Source of the DNA: Candidatus Dojkabacteria bacterium
GTDB taxonomy: Bacteria; Patescibacteriota; Dojkabacteria; JAOAGR01
Reading direction: 5' to 3'
Length of the DNA: 45,436 nt
Assembly (NCBI GenBank): GCA_025999155.1
Contig: AP026679.1
Span: 466,699-512,134, forward strand
Of the stretch, positions 1 to 10,085 are shown piece after piece (the stretch's first letter is position 1; the number at the start of each line of letters is the position of its first letter). The position numbers and the translations under genes are program-made. The notes beneath the pieces are model-generated. The model was not told the origin of the DNA. It was given only the letters and a program-made list of their open reading frames with translations, and did no database searches.

Positions 1-2666
1 TCAGGATTTTCTCGAAGTACTACGTTTGAATCATATGTTTGTTGAATTTGATCGTTTCCATACGTATTTCCCTGACTGATATCCTTATACGAATAAGTTT
101 TGTCGTATTCATTAAATTGATTTAAATTTTGTGCTTGTTCTGAATTTTGAGTGTAGGCTTGATATGTTGTTTGTTCAGATGAATAATTTTGGTTTGGATC
201 TGTATATGTTTGTGTTTGTTCGTTTTGACTGGTAGTTTGGTCCTGTATAAAGTTTTGTTGAGAGTTATCTTGTTGATATTGATTTGTTTGACTGGGATTT
301 GTGTAATTTTGGTTTATATCGTTATTTGATGATGTGATATAGTCATTGGGATTATACGATTGATTCTTAGGGTCTGCATACAGATTATTACTATCACCAT
401 AATACTCAGTAAATTCAGCTTCTAAATTTCCTTCTCTTTGTTCTCGAATATATTTTATTGTTTTAATAATAAGATAGAGTATCACTACTAATAATATGAA
501 TACTATTAAGCCTATTAGAATAACACCCACGGTCTGCGGTACGCATAATTGTGTGCCTGGTACGCATATTTTCGCTGTCACTATCGTATCTGGAGTAGTG
601 TCGCTTGGTGCTGCTTGCCGCTGAATATTGAAAACCCACTGCTTAGAAGCAGTAGCTCCTTCTTTTGTAACTATTTTGACTTCTACTTCAACACGATTTC
701 CTTCATAAGGAACCGTTGGTTGATAAAATATTGTGTTAATCGTAGTACTGTAAGCAACTTCATTACCATTGACTTTTATAAAAGTTTTTGACTTATCAAT
801 TTCAGCATCCGGCTTAAATTCGACAACTATCTGTTGTTTGGGGTCTCTGACTACGTCATTATCTGCAGGACTATTTTTAGTAATAGTGATGCTTCTAGCA
901 GATTGCTCTTGTTCTATAGATATTTCAAATTGTTCTGAGATTGCTGCTACAGTAACGGGAGGATTACTGTTATCGGTAGCTTCTATTTTAATAAAATATT
1001 TACCAGATATGACTTTATCAATATCTTTCCATTTATATGATGTTGTGCTACCTGGTAATGTAGTAATAATAGTGTAATCTTGTCCGTTTGTTGAATAACT
1101 AATAGTGAATTTTTCAATTGTTGCTCCCTCGTTTACATTCCATTTAATCTCATTATTTGTCTTTGAGAAAACAGTACCTGCATTAGGCGATAATATTTGG
1201 ATATTGGGTGCTACGCGTGAAATCGGTGTAGGGGTTGGTTTATCTGTGTCACTGGCTTGTGTTGGAGGTATATCTACTCCACTTGGTAAAACATTTATGG
1301 ATATAGGGTGTACTGTATTTCCTCCTCTACCATCTGAAACTACTATAATAACACCGTAGTAACCTACATCTTGTTGTGATGGAGTTCCTGTTAGTTTATT
1401 CTTGTCCAATCTTAACCAATGGGGTAGTCTGTCGTTTGTTAGAATGTAAGTTAAAGCATCATTATCATGGTCGGTAGCCTGGATTTCGTAATTATAGGTT
1501 TGTTCTGGCTTTATGTAGTTTATTGGTTTTGATGTGATTTGTGGTGGATTGTTAGGCGACAGAAGCTGCGACGTGCCCCCATAAGCACCGATGTCTATTC
1601 GTGAACCGTCTGTGTTTTTTTCTCCTGGTGTTCCTTTATTTTTTAATTGACTGGTACTACGTAATTTAAAATTATTGGCCCCAACAAATTCCGAATCTAC
1701 CGATAAGTTTCCTTCGGAATTAGCTAGAGTAGGAGGTAAATAATTAGTACCATTTTGATACACATTAGAGTAACGAATTGATGATTGCTCTCCTACAAGT
1801 ACTACACCCTCACCACTATGCTTTTGGATTATTGAGTTCGTTATTGCTACAGAGAAATTTGTCGTGTTATTTTGTCTTCCTGCCGGAATACTGGTAATGA
1901 TACCTTTGCCTCCATCATATAATGTGACGTTTTTAACTATATGGTTTCTTCCTCCTGTGATTTGGATTTGTGTTCCTTTATTCGAATATAAGAGTACATT
2001 TACAATCCGAGAATCGTTTTGAGCATTAATAGAATCCTCGATTGTGATCCCATTATTGGCATTGTTTCGAATAACCGTGTTTTCAACGATTAAAGGTGCT
2101 CTGGAAAATATGCCTTTACCATTCTGGTCTATTATTGATGTTAGAACAGTAGTTTTAGCATTCGCACTTACTCCATATCCTACATTATTACTAACAATAG
2201 TGTTTATCAATTTTAACTCTGTTTGTGATGAGTCGTCTGTTTTTATACCATCTCCTGGAGATCCCGTTATCGAAAGACTTTCTAATGATAGTTTCGCATT
2301 GGTTAGAGCTATAATCGCTTGATTGGAGTTACTTCGTAATGTAGTATATTCAGTTCCAGATCCTAGTATACGTATATTTTTATTTTTAATCTCAAAAGGT
2401 TTGCCATTTGGTGATGTGTAGGTGCCTGGTCTCAGAAATATAGCATCGGAATCGTTAGCATTGTTTATTGCAGTTTGCAGATCCTGTCCACTTTCTAAGT
2501 AAATGGTACGACCAGCAGCATCTTTTCTAGTATCGAAGTTAAAGATATTACTATTAAAACCTATATATAAAGCAAAAATAATGGATATAAATATAAACAA
2601 AATGACACCAAGAAACTCTAATTCTCTTTTCGTTCTAGGTCTCCCTAGGTTTAATCGGCGTCCCAT
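1..2666 (-). CDS. Large cell-surface protein, truncated by the window edge. It has an N-terminal TM anchor, a right-handed beta-helix (PbH1-like) region, a cadherin-like/He_PIG Ig domain, further Ig-like domains, a second TM helix and a Q/N-rich tail.
   Basis: Manual minus-strand translation from the ATG (complement of 2664-2666): MGRRLNLGRPRTKRELEFLGVILFIFISIIFALYIGF... The frame stays open for 888 codons to position 1, so there is no stop in the window and it is absent from the ORF track. Beta-helix-type strands: ITGSPGDGI, VSNNVGYGV, IRNNANNGITI, LYSNKGTQIQI. Cadherin-like motif: YNYEIQATDHDNDALTYILTNDRLPHWLRLDKNKLTGTPSQQDVGYYGVIIVVSDGRGG. Second TM helix VGVILIGLIVFILLVVILYLII (about nt 460-530), then a Q/N/Y-rich tail. 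Confidence 0.8.
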   Translation of the reverse strand, partial: MGRRLNLGRPRTKRELEFLGVILFIFISIIFALYIGFNSNIFNFDTRKDAAGRTIYLESGQDLQTAINNANDSDAIFLRPGTYTSPNGKPFEIKNKNIRILGSGTEYTTLRSNSNQAIIALTNAKLSLESLSITGSPGDGIKTDDSSQTELKLINTIVSNNVGYGVSANAKTTVLTSIIDQNGKGIFSRAPLIVENTVIRNNANNGITIEDSINAQNDSRIVNVLLYSNKGTQIQITGGRNHIVKNVTLYDGGKGIITSIPAGRQNNTTNFSVAITNSIIQKHSGEGVVLVGEQSSIRYSNVYQNGTNYLPPTLANSEGNLSVDSEFVGANNFKLRSTSQLKNKGTPGEKNTDGSRIDIGAYGGTSQLLSPNNPPQITSKPINYIKPEQTYNYEIQATDHDNDALTYILTNDRLPHWLRLDKNKLTGTPSQQDVGYYGVIIVVSDGRGGNTVHPISINVLPSGVDIPPTQASDTDKPTPTPISRVAPNIQILSPNAGTVFSKTNNEIKWNVNEGATIEKFTISYSTNGQDYTIITTLPGSTTSYKWKDIDKVISGKYFIKIEATDNSNPPVTVAAISEQFEISIEQEQSARSITITKNSPADNDVVRDPKQQIVVEFKPDAEIDKSKTFIKVNGNEVAYSTTINTIFYQPTVPYEGNRVEVEVKIVTKEGATASKQWVFNIQRQAAPSDTTPDTIVTAKICVPGTQLCVPQTVGVILIGLIVFILLVVILYLIIKTIKYIREQREGNLEAEFTEYYGDSNNLYADPKNQSYNPNDYITSSNNDINQNYTNPSQTNQYQQDNSQQNFIQDQTTSQNEQTQTYTDPNQNYSSEQTTYQAYTQNSEQAQNLNQFNEYDKTYSYKDISQGNTYGNDQIQQTYDSNVVLRENP

Positions 2667-2802
2667 TCGTAGTACTCTAATATATGACAATAGTATAAAA
2701 TAAATTACTTATTAAGTAAAAGTGTTCTTGCAAAACATGAACATATAGACATATTTGATTTCGTATGTAATTATTTTATGAAAAACACTATACTAAACTA
2801 TC

Positions 2803-3483
2803 ATGGTTGTTATAAAAATAGGAGGATCAGTTTTGCAAAGTACGCCTTTTGATATCAACCCATCATTTTTAAGGCTTTTGGATATTTTTAAAAGTCATAA
2901 TGATCAGTTTTTTATTATCAATGGAGGTGGCCCTTTATGTAGAGTTTTACAAAATGTGTTAAGAAGTATCGGTATAACCGATTCAGATAGGTTAGATCGT
3001 ATGGGTATAAAAGTTAATAATATGTACGCTGAATTTGTACGTATGCTTTTACCGGAAGATCATACTTATCCAAATATTATCGTTACTAAAGATGATATAG
3101 ATGCAGCGAAAGGAGATTTACATAAATTTAAGTATTTTGTAGGTGGTGCAGAATCTCCCGGACATTCATCAGATTATGATGCTGCCATTTTTGCGCATGC
3201 TTTTGGTTCTGATAAAGTGCTACGAATTACTAATGTGGATTATTTGTATGATAAGGATCCAAATACCTATTCTGACGCACAAGTGATAAAAAATATTTCT
3301 TGGGACTCTTATTTACAAATGTTTGATTCTGTTTTTGTACCTGGAGGAAGTTATCCTTTTGATCCTGTAGCGTCAAGATTTGCTAGAGATCACAAAATAA
3401 AAGTATTTTTAACTAGCATAGAAAATATAATTCGCAAGAATAAGATATCATTGGCAGAATTTGATGGTACAGTAATTGGTTAA
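2803..3483 (+). CDS. pyrH: UMP kinase-like protein (amino-acid kinase family, archaeal-type PyrH length)
   Basis: 226 aa. N-terminal VIKIGGSVL, then IINGGGPLCR, PGHSSDYDAA and ITNVDYLYDKDPN, which fit the uridylate kinase / AAK fold pattern. Confidence 0.55.
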   Translation: MVVIKIGGSVLQSTPFDINPSFLRLLDIFKSHNDQFFIINGGGPLCRVLQNVLRSIGITDSDRLDRMGIKVNNMYAEFVRMLLPEDHTYPNIIVTKDDIDAAKGDLHKFKYFVGGAESPGHSSDYDAAIFAHAFGSDKVLRITNVDYLYDKDPNTYSDAQVIKNISWDSYLQMFDSVFVPGGSYPFDPVASRFARDHKIKVFLTSIENIIRKNKISLAEFDGTVIG

Positions 3484-3587
3484 CGATACATACTATTTAT
3501 AATAATAGCTATTAATCCAATAAGACCAATTACGAATAAGGATAGTAAAGCGTAAAAAATTTTAGTTTTTAAATTTCCTGTCTCCAT
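3480..3587 (-). CDS. Possible 35-aa single-TM micro-protein (below the ORF-track size cutoff)
   Basis: Manual translation: METGNLKTKIFYALLSLFVIGLIGLIAIIINSMYR, with an ATG start and TAA stop. It lies in the gap downstream of recA on the same strand and overlaps the pyrH-like stop by 4 nt. No other support. Confidence 0.2.
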   Translation of the reverse strand: METGNLKTKIFYALLSLFVIGLIGLIAIIINSMYR

Positions 3588-3614
3588 TCGGTATCATTTT
3601 AGTACTGAATTTAA

Positions 3615-4664
3615 TTAATTTAAACTACTGTTTGTGATTCCAGCGGCAATTTTTGTTTTTTCAATAATTTCTCTAGTTAGTTTTGTATCTGATCTTAATA
3701 ATTCTTTGACGGCATCTTTACCATTTCCTAATTGCATCTCTCCGTATTTATACCACCCAGCTGTTTTTTGTATTACACCAGCATCAACTGCCGCTGATAT
3801 GAGAGACGAATATTTATCTATACCCATAGGGTAAATAATGTCAAATTCAGTTTCTTTAAATGGCGGAGCTACTTTATTCTTGACCACTTTGACTTTTGCA
3901 GTATTACCGGTTATTTTACCTTCTTTGTCAGTGATTTTTTCACCTTTTCTTATTTCCATTCGTATTGATGCATAAAACTTTAATGCGTTACCTCCCGTTG
4001 TCGTTTCAGGATTACCAAACATTACACCAATTTTCATTCGTATCTGATTTAGAAATATTATCGTCGTCCTAGCTTTTGATGCTATCGCTGTAAGTTTCCT
4101 GAGTGCTTGAGACATTAATCTTGCTTGCGTACCAATCGATGCATCTCCCATTTCACCTTCAATTTCAGCTTTAGGAGTGAGAGCAGCAACAGAATCTATA
4201 ACTATCACGTCCATAGCTCCTGACCTTACCAAAGTTTCTGCTATTTCGAGTGCTTGCTCTCCGTAGTCAGGCTGAGAAATAAACATATTTTCGACATCTA
4301 CTCCGATAGATCGTGCATATGATGGATCTAAAGCATGTTCTGCATCAATATAAGCTGCAACGCCTCCCATTTTTTGAGCTTCTGCCACTATATGAAGAGC
4401 AAGAGTAGTTTTACCTGAAGATTCCGGACCGTAGATTTCAATTATACGTCCGCGAGGTACCCCTCCTATACCCAAAGCAATGTCCAATGACAATGCACCG
4501 GTCGATATTACATCAAGCTTCTCATGAGGTTGATCACTCATCTTCATTATCGCTCCTTTACCGAATTGTTTCTCTATTTGAGCAAGAGCCGCATACAATG
4601 CTTGTTTTTTAGCATTATCCATAGATGTATCTTGAGATTTTTTGTTTATTTCTTTTGTAGTCAT
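3615..4664 (-). CDS. recA: Recombinase RecA
   Basis: Walker [10 protein letters not shown], plus [20 protein letters not shown] and [30 protein letters not shown]-type motifs. The ATG at 4664 (MTTKEINKK) is preferred over the upstream TTG at 4679. Confidence 0.95.
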   Translation of the reverse strand: MTTKEINKKSQDTSMDNAKKQALYAALAQIEKQFGKGAIMKMSDQPHEKLDVISTGALSLDIALGIGGVPRGRIIEIYGPESSGKTTLALHIVAEAQKMGGVAAYIDAEHALDPSYARSIGVDVENMFISQPDYGEQALEIAETLVRSGAMDVIVIDSVAALTPKAEIEGEMGDASIGTQARLMSQALRKLTAIASKARTTIIFLNQIRMKIGVMFGNPETTTGGNALKFYASIRMEIRKGEKITDKEGKITGNTAKVKVVKNKVAPPFKETEFDIIYPMGIDKYSSLISAAVDAGVIQKTAGWYKYGEMQLGNGKDAVKELLRSDTKLTREIIEKTKIAAGITNSSLN

Positions 4665-4758
4665 AGCGAGTTTAAGCAATTGTAATAAAAAAGCTTAGAT
4701 TAAACTAGCCATATTTTAATTTTTTTATTATCCTCAATTAATTTTAATTATTCTATAA

Positions 4759-5886
4759 ATGGATCTAATAATATTAGGCCCGAGTAGCTCTGGTAAAACT
4801 AGTCTAGCAAATTTCATAGCTTCAAAGTATTCTTTGCCTATCTTTAATTGTGATTCTATCCAAATTTATAAAAATTTAGATTTTTTATCGAATAAACCAA
4901 AATTTATATCTCAAGAAATAGTCGAAGAAGAAATAATAAGTTATACAGAGCGTACGTTAGCTTTAGATTTAGGTAAATATAAAAATTTTATTTTTTCGGC
5001 GTATGTAGACAGAAGAGATTTTGTGAGTAATCAAACTTGTAATATAAATAAAATCTTATTGTTGATTGATGAAATTTTCTCTAGTTCAAAATCAGATATG
5101 ATCGTGTCTGATAAAGTCGTTAATTTTCTCTTTGACATAAAAGATCCAGGTCAGAATTATTCTACTCATACGTTCGAATTAGATCTGACCCGCATCGTCA
5201 AAAAATTTAATATCTACAGTAAGATCATAGTAGGAGGAAGTGTGTATTATGCCTTTAATTATTTATTTGGTTTGAATAGGGAAATTAATAGCGACTTCAC
5301 TTGTTCAACCTGTTCTAACATAAGTGAATGGTCAAAAGATGAACTGATTAATTTTCTTTATGATAATGATCCTCAGATCTTGGAATTCATTGATATTAAA
5401 AATCGTAGACGCCTTGAAAGTGCTGCACGCTTTGTTTTAGCTACATCAAAAAAATATTCAGAAGAGTATTTTCGTAAAGTACAGCCTAAAAGAAATTTTT
5501 TTATAATATTAATTTATCCTATTGATCGTGAGGAGTATTATAAGCATTTGGATAATGTGATTGAAAAACGATTTAATTCAGACAGCTTTAATGAGTTAGA
5601 GAAGTTAATTTATCTGTATGGTCACGAAATCATTCCTTGGCTAAATAAAATTTCTTATGAATATAGGTATTTTTTGTCTATTTATACGAAAGCCAAAGAT
5701 GAGAAAACTACATCATACATAGACTTGAGTAAGCTTCGCCCATTATATGCAGAATATTTAACAGAATTAAAATACAAAGAACACCAATATGCCAAAAGGC
5801 AAATTACTTTTTTACGGAGGCTAGAGCGAAAGTTGAAAGAGAATTTAGAAATACGTGCAACTAATTACAAAAATCTAGCTATCTAA
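4759..5886 (+). CDS. miaA: tRNA dimethylallyltransferase-like protein (MiaA), divergent and with internal insertions
   Basis: P-loop ILGPSSSGKTSLA, then CDSIQIYKNLDFLSNKP (compare DSMQVY..LDIGTAKP) and IIVGGSVYY (compare GGTGLY). At 375 aa it is longer than the usual ~300 aa. Confidence 0.6.
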   Translation: MDLIILGPSSSGKTSLANFIASKYSLPIFNCDSIQIYKNLDFLSNKPKFISQEIVEEEIISYTERTLALDLGKYKNFIFSAYVDRRDFVSNQTCNINKILLLIDEIFSSSKSDMIVSDKVVNFLFDIKDPGQNYSTHTFELDLTRIVKKFNIYSKIIVGGSVYYAFNYLFGLNREINSDFTCSTCSNISEWSKDELINFLYDNDPQILEFIDIKNRRRLESAARFVLATSKKYSEEYFRKVQPKRNFFIILIYPIDREEYYKHLDNVIEKRFNSDSFNELEKLIYLYGHEIIPWLNKISYEYRYFLSIYTKAKDEKTTSYIDLSKLRPLYAEYLTELKYKEHQYAKRQITFLRRLERKLKENLEIRATNYKNLAI

Positions 5887-6959
5887 CCTTCTATAATTCC
5901 GCTTGCAACGACTTCGTCTCCCATGTAAATACATCCGAATTGTCCTGGAGCTACAGCTCTTTGTGGTTCAAAAAATATTAATTTCGTTTGGTCACGGCTG
6001 TTTCTACAGAGAATGATTAATGCATTAGATGGTTTTTGACGATAACGAAGCGACACTTCTGCCTGTAATGAAGCACATGTATATTTATCAAATTCAGGGT
6101 TAATCACATGTATATCTCGTAAATACACTTCTCGGCTGAAAAGGGCAGGATTATCTTTTCCTTTTGCTACAAATAATGTGTTTGTTTGAGGGTCTTTTTT
6201 AACCACAAACCAAGGTCCGCCTGGCAAGCCCATTCCTTGTCTTTGACCTATGGTATAAAACCATATGCCATCATGCTCCCCTAATTCTTTTTGACTGTCT
6301 ATATCTATTATTTTTCCTTTTTTTTTACCTAATTCTTTTTCTATAAAAGTTCGTACATTAATTTTGCCTACAAAACATATACCTTGGCTATCCTTTCTAT
6401 AAGCATTAGGGAGTCCTAATTCGGCAGCTATTTTTCTTACTTGAGGTTTAGTTAGGTGTCCTATTGGAAACTCTACGTTTGCTAATTCTTCTTGGCTAAG
6501 CCTACAAAGAAAGTAAGATTGATCTTTGTTTTGGTCTATTCCTTTCAGCAATCTATATATGCCCCTATCGTATACTACTCGCGCATAGTGTCCTGTGGCT
6601 ATCTTATCAACTCCTAATTCGTGAAATACTTTTTTACGAAATACATTAAATTTAATCTCGCTATTACACAAAATATCAGGATTGGGTGTACGTCCGGATT
6701 TATATTCTGCAAAAAAATATTCAATTACTCTCTTTCTATACTCTAATTCAAAGTTATAAGAGAGAAATTCAATCCCAATATGATCTGCTACTTCTCTGGC
6801 TGATTTCAGATCTTCTTCCCAAGGACAATCACCCTCAATTCCGAAATCATCAGACCAATTCTTCATAAAAACTCCTACAACCTCATGACCTTGTTGTTTA
6901 AGTAGTGCAGCAGCGACTGCAGAGTCGACTCCACCAGATAAACCTACAGCTATTTTCAT
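5883..6959 (-). CDS. mnmA: tRNA-specific 2-thiouridylase MnmA
   Basis: PP-loop VGLSGGVDSAVAA, then GRTPNPDILCN and KDSQGICFVG. 358 aa. The convergent 4-nt overlap with the miaA-like gene is at the stop codons. Confidence 0.9.
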   Translation of the reverse strand: MKIAVGLSGGVDSAVAAALLKQQGHEVVGVFMKNWSDDFGIEGDCPWEEDLKSAREVADHIGIEFLSYNFELEYRKRVIEYFFAEYKSGRTPNPDILCNSEIKFNVFRKKVFHELGVDKIATGHYARVVYDRGIYRLLKGIDQNKDQSYFLCRLSQEELANVEFPIGHLTKPQVRKIAAELGLPNAYRKDSQGICFVGKINVRTFIEKELGKKKGKIIDIDSQKELGEHDGIWFYTIGQRQGMGLPGGPWFVVKKDPQTNTLFVAKGKDNPALFSREVYLRDIHVINPEFDKYTCASLQAEVSLRYRQKPSNALIILCRNSRDQTKLIFFEPQRAVAPGQFGCIYMGDEVVASGIIEG

Positions 6960-7091
6960 TTACAGATTATACAATAGGGAAAAACCTAAAGTAATCAATC
7001 CATGATAAGGTCATATTTTAAAAAAGTTAATATATTTCTAGAATTCAATTTGTGGCCTTAAAAATTTAGAATATTGTTTTTATGTTTGCCT

Positions 7092-8486
7092 TTATTTGAT
7101 CAGATATCCCTCTAATACAAATTCTTTTGCTTGTTGTATTTTTACATACACAAAATTTCCTATTAAATGGGAACAGTCCTCGTCGCATTCAATAAAAACA
7201 TCCTTGCCATGAGTAGTTCTTGCAATTAAACCTTCTTTTGTACCTTTTTTTTGCTGATATACTAAAGCTTTTTGTGTGGTTCCTATTAATCTTTTATTAT
7301 TCTCTAACGCACCTTTTTTAAGTACTTCTTCTAATAATTGCTTACGTTGTGCTTTGATCGCTACTGGTACATCATCTTTATAGAATTTGGCTGCAATAGT
7401 ACCCTGCCTCTGTGAGTATTCTGCAATATATATTTGGTCAAATTTTATTTCTTCACAAACTTTTAGAGTTTCTTCGAATTCCTTATCTGTTTCTCCACAA
7501 AATCCAACAATTATATCGGTAGTGATTGCCACATTAGGTATTGTACGACGTATAAAATCAACTTTTTCTTTAAATTCACTAACGGTGTAATAACGATTCA
7601 TCCTTTTCAGTACAGAATCTGAACCTGACTGCAAAGCAAAGTGCACTTGTTTAGCGATATTGTCCTTTTGAGCTATTACTTCAATAAGTCTGGGATTGAT
7701 ATCATATGGGTGCGAACTTGTAAATCTAAGCCAAAAATCACCCTCAATATCAGCTAAGGATTCCATTAAGTAAGGAAAATCTAAATACTCTTTTGGAATT
7801 AAGTTTTGATCTCTATATTTTGGAATTGGTATTTTTAAGTGCCCCGTCGTATCACTTCTCCAAGAATTCACATTTTGTCCTAATAAAGTAATTTCTTTGT
7901 AATTGTTTGTAACCAGAGACTGTACCTCATTATAAATTTCTTCATATGGTCTATACACCTCTTCTCCTCTTGTAAACGGTACTATACAGAAAGTACAAAA
8001 CTTATTGCACCCTGTAGATATAGGAACAAATGCTTGAAATGTAGAATTATACTTTGGCTTTATTGATAGATATTCTACAGGATTTATATTGACTTTTTTA
8101 CCTAAAATTTCTGGTAATTTATGAATTTCGCTGATTTCAATAACTATATCAAGAGCCGGGATTTGTTTTTTAAGAGTTTCTTGATATTTTTGCTGGTATA
8201 GAAGTGATTTTTTCTGTCCTTGTCTTATGTCCCTCTTCGCCATACATCCCGTAAGTACAGTTTTTATTTCTGGCTTTTTTGACTTCAATTTTTGTAAGTT
8301 ACGCATTAATCCGTAAACCCTATCTTCAGCTTTTTGTCTGACAGAACATGAATTGACAACATATAAGTCCGCAATCTCATATTCTGATGCTTTCTTATAA
8401 CCCATCGATTCACAAACTGCAGCAATACGTTCAGAATCGGAATGATTCATCTGGCAACCAAAAGTTTTGATAGAATATGTCTTCAT
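7092..8486 (-). CDS. miaB: tRNA methylthiotransferase MiaB (radical SAM)
   Basis: N-terminal TFGCQMNHSDSE, radical-SAM CNKFCTFCIVP and a C-terminal TRAM-like region. The ATG at 8486 is preferred over the TTG at 8492. Confidence 0.85.
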   Translation of the reverse strand: MKTYSIKTFGCQMNHSDSERIAAVCESMGYKKASEYEIADLYVVNSCSVRQKAEDRVYGLMRNLQKLKSKKPEIKTVLTGCMAKRDIRQGQKKSLLYQQKYQETLKKQIPALDIVIEISEIHKLPEILGKKVNINPVEYLSIKPKYNSTFQAFVPISTGCNKFCTFCIVPFTRGEEVYRPYEEIYNEVQSLVTNNYKEITLLGQNVNSWRSDTTGHLKIPIPKYRDQNLIPKEYLDFPYLMESLADIEGDFWLRFTSSHPYDINPRLIEVIAQKDNIAKQVHFALQSGSDSVLKRMNRYYTVSEFKEKVDFIRRTIPNVAITTDIIVGFCGETDKEFEETLKVCEEIKFDQIYIAEYSQRQGTIAAKFYKDDVPVAIKAQRKQLLEEVLKKGALENNKRLIGTTQKALVYQQKKGTKEGLIARTTHGKDVFIECDEDCSHLIGNFVYVKIQQAKEFVLEGYLIK

Positions 8487-8621
8487 GATCAAGTAAATTG
8501 TGATTTATCAATGTTAAACAGAAACTATTCAGTATTGTGATTATACATACTGGGATTTGATGTGTTAACGATATTCAATAATTTTGTCACTCAAATGTAT
8601 TTTGTGCTAGTAAACTATTTT

Positions 8622-9830
8622 TTATTTTGTCGCTATATGAATGATTTTTTTCTTACCAGCTCTTAATATCCCGCTTTTTTCGATTTCGTAATCGTAAGTA
8701 GTTATAGTTTCGTCCTCGAATGTTACGGCTTTCTGGTCTATTAATCTTTTTGCTTGGCTTTTTGATAGACCGAACGCAGTAACTAGTGTATCCACTACGT
8801 TTTTATTTTTTTCTATTAATAGGCTTTTGATATCTTTTGGTAATTCCTTGTTTTGTACGACTCTTTCAAATTCTGCTTGTGCTCTTTCGGCAGCTTCTTT
8901 ACCATGATAGAAATTTACTATTTCGAAAGCGAGACGTTTTTTAAAAATCATTGGGTTTTCACCTGATTTCATGCGTGATTCGATCTCGGCTATTTCCTCC
9001 ATAGGGACACGAGTTATGAGTTCGAAATACTCTATGATTACTTCATCCACAATCTGCATAACCATTGAATACATTTCATCTGCTTCAGCTGCAACGGGTA
9101 TAAAATTTTTCAGACTTTTTCCCATTTTACGGCCATCGTTTCCGGTAAGTAATTTAACGATGAATCCGATTTGAGGCTTTTGCCCGTATACTTCCATCAA
9201 GTGTCTGCCTGCTAGAATATTAAATGTTTGATCAGTTCCTCCAAATTCAACATCGCAATTTAACACGACAGAATCGTATCCTTGCATGAGCGGATATAAA
9301 AACTCAGATAATTTGATTGGTTTACCAGACTCAAATCTTAATTTAAAATTCTCCCTTTCGATCATTTGAGCTACAGTAAATTGCTTGGCTAAATGTATAA
9401 TATCGTTGAAACTTAATTTCCCGAGCCATTCAGAATTGTGTCGTATTTCTATAAGTTGTGGATCATTGATGACAGTTTTAAAAAATTGTTCTTTGTAAGT
9501 TTGTTCATCTTCTCTTATAGCTTCAATAGTTCGTTCTTCACGCATATCAACTTTGTCAGAGTGATCGCCTATTAATGTTGTATAGTCTCCGATGATTAAT
9601 GTAACTTTATGTCCAAGTTCCTGAAAATCGCGTAGTTTTCTATGTGTGACAGCATGTCCGAGATGGATGAGCGGACTTGTGACATCAGTTCCTAGTTTAA
9701 GATGTAATTGTTTGCCAGATAACAAGAGTTCTTTTAGTTCGTCGGTATTATATATAGCAGCCACTCCGCGCGTTAGTATATCTTCAATTTTATTCATGTC
9801 TGTCTTTATAGTTATTTGTTGAGTATTCAT
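8622..9830 (-). CDS. tyrS: Tyrosyl-tRNA synthetase
   Basis: HIGH motif as HLGH, KMSKS motif as KMGKS, and a C-terminal S4-like LSKSQAKRLIDQKAV. It sits behind a Tyr-specific T-box leader. Confidence 0.9.
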   Translation of the reverse strand: MNTQQITIKTDMNKIEDILTRGVAAIYNTDELKELLLSGKQLHLKLGTDVTSPLIHLGHAVTHRKLRDFQELGHKVTLIIGDYTTLIGDHSDKVDMREERTIEAIREDEQTYKEQFFKTVINDPQLIEIRHNSEWLGKLSFNDIIHLAKQFTVAQMIERENFKLRFESGKPIKLSEFLYPLMQGYDSVVLNCDVEFGGTDQTFNILAGRHLMEVYGQKPQIGFIVKLLTGNDGRKMGKSLKNFIPVAAEADEMYSMVMQIVDEVIIEYFELITRVPMEEIAEIESRMKSGENPMIFKKRLAFEIVNFYHGKEAAERAQAEFERVVQNKELPKDIKSLLIEKNKNVVDTLVTAFGLSKSQAKRLIDQKAVTFEDETITTYDYEIEKSGILRAGKKKIIHIATK

Positions 9831-9844
9831 GAATTTAAACTATT

Positions 9845-10079
9845 AATACATAAAAAAGAGCTCGCATCCTTAGCAAGACTTTACACTATGTCTTGGCAGG
9901 ACGAGAGCCCTCCTCTCGTGGTACCACCTGTATTCCCCTATTATAGAGATACTTTTTATGGGCACTCTTAAATATATTTACTTTTTGTGTAATTCATTAT
10001 CCGTTCTACGGCTATTTTGCACTAGCCAACAGCTTTCTTATGTCACGAACGAACAACTACTAACTAAGTAAAGCATATA
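9845..10079 (-). promoter_or_regulatory. T-box riboswitch leader of tyrS (specifier UAC = Tyr)
   Basis: The minus-strand RNA contains the T-box core CAGG-UGGUACC-ACGAGAG-GAGGG-CUCUCGU-CCUG (9897-9930). This is antiterminator helix A1, a 7-nt bulge with UGGU, then helix A2. Stem I elements are GUGA/UGAA (K-turn-like), an AGAAAG bulge and the distal hairpin GGCUA-GUGCAAAA-UAGCC. The candidate specifier UAC, followed by A, is at 9989-9991. Confidence 0.8.
9852..9909 (-). terminator. Intrinsic terminator of the T-box leader (alternative to the antiterminator)
   Basis: CUCUCGUCC (9899-9907) pairs with GGAUGCGAG (9861-9869), giving 8 of 9 pairs including one G-U wobble, with one U-C mismatch. An inner hairpin CAAGAC/GUCUUG lies within the loop. 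CUCUUUUUU follows (U-run 9852-9857). The 5' arm is shared with the antiterminator 3' arm, as in classical T-boxes. Confidence 0.7.
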
Positions 10080-10085
10080 ACGAAA

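Noticed and set aside
549-2703. Six + strand ORFs on the track (549-791, 769-1077, 1105-1359, 2044-2322, 2503-2703 and similar)
   Set aside because: All lie antisense to a continuous 888-codon minus-strand ORF with clear domain content. Their products are low-complexity hydrophobic strings typical of shadow ORFs.
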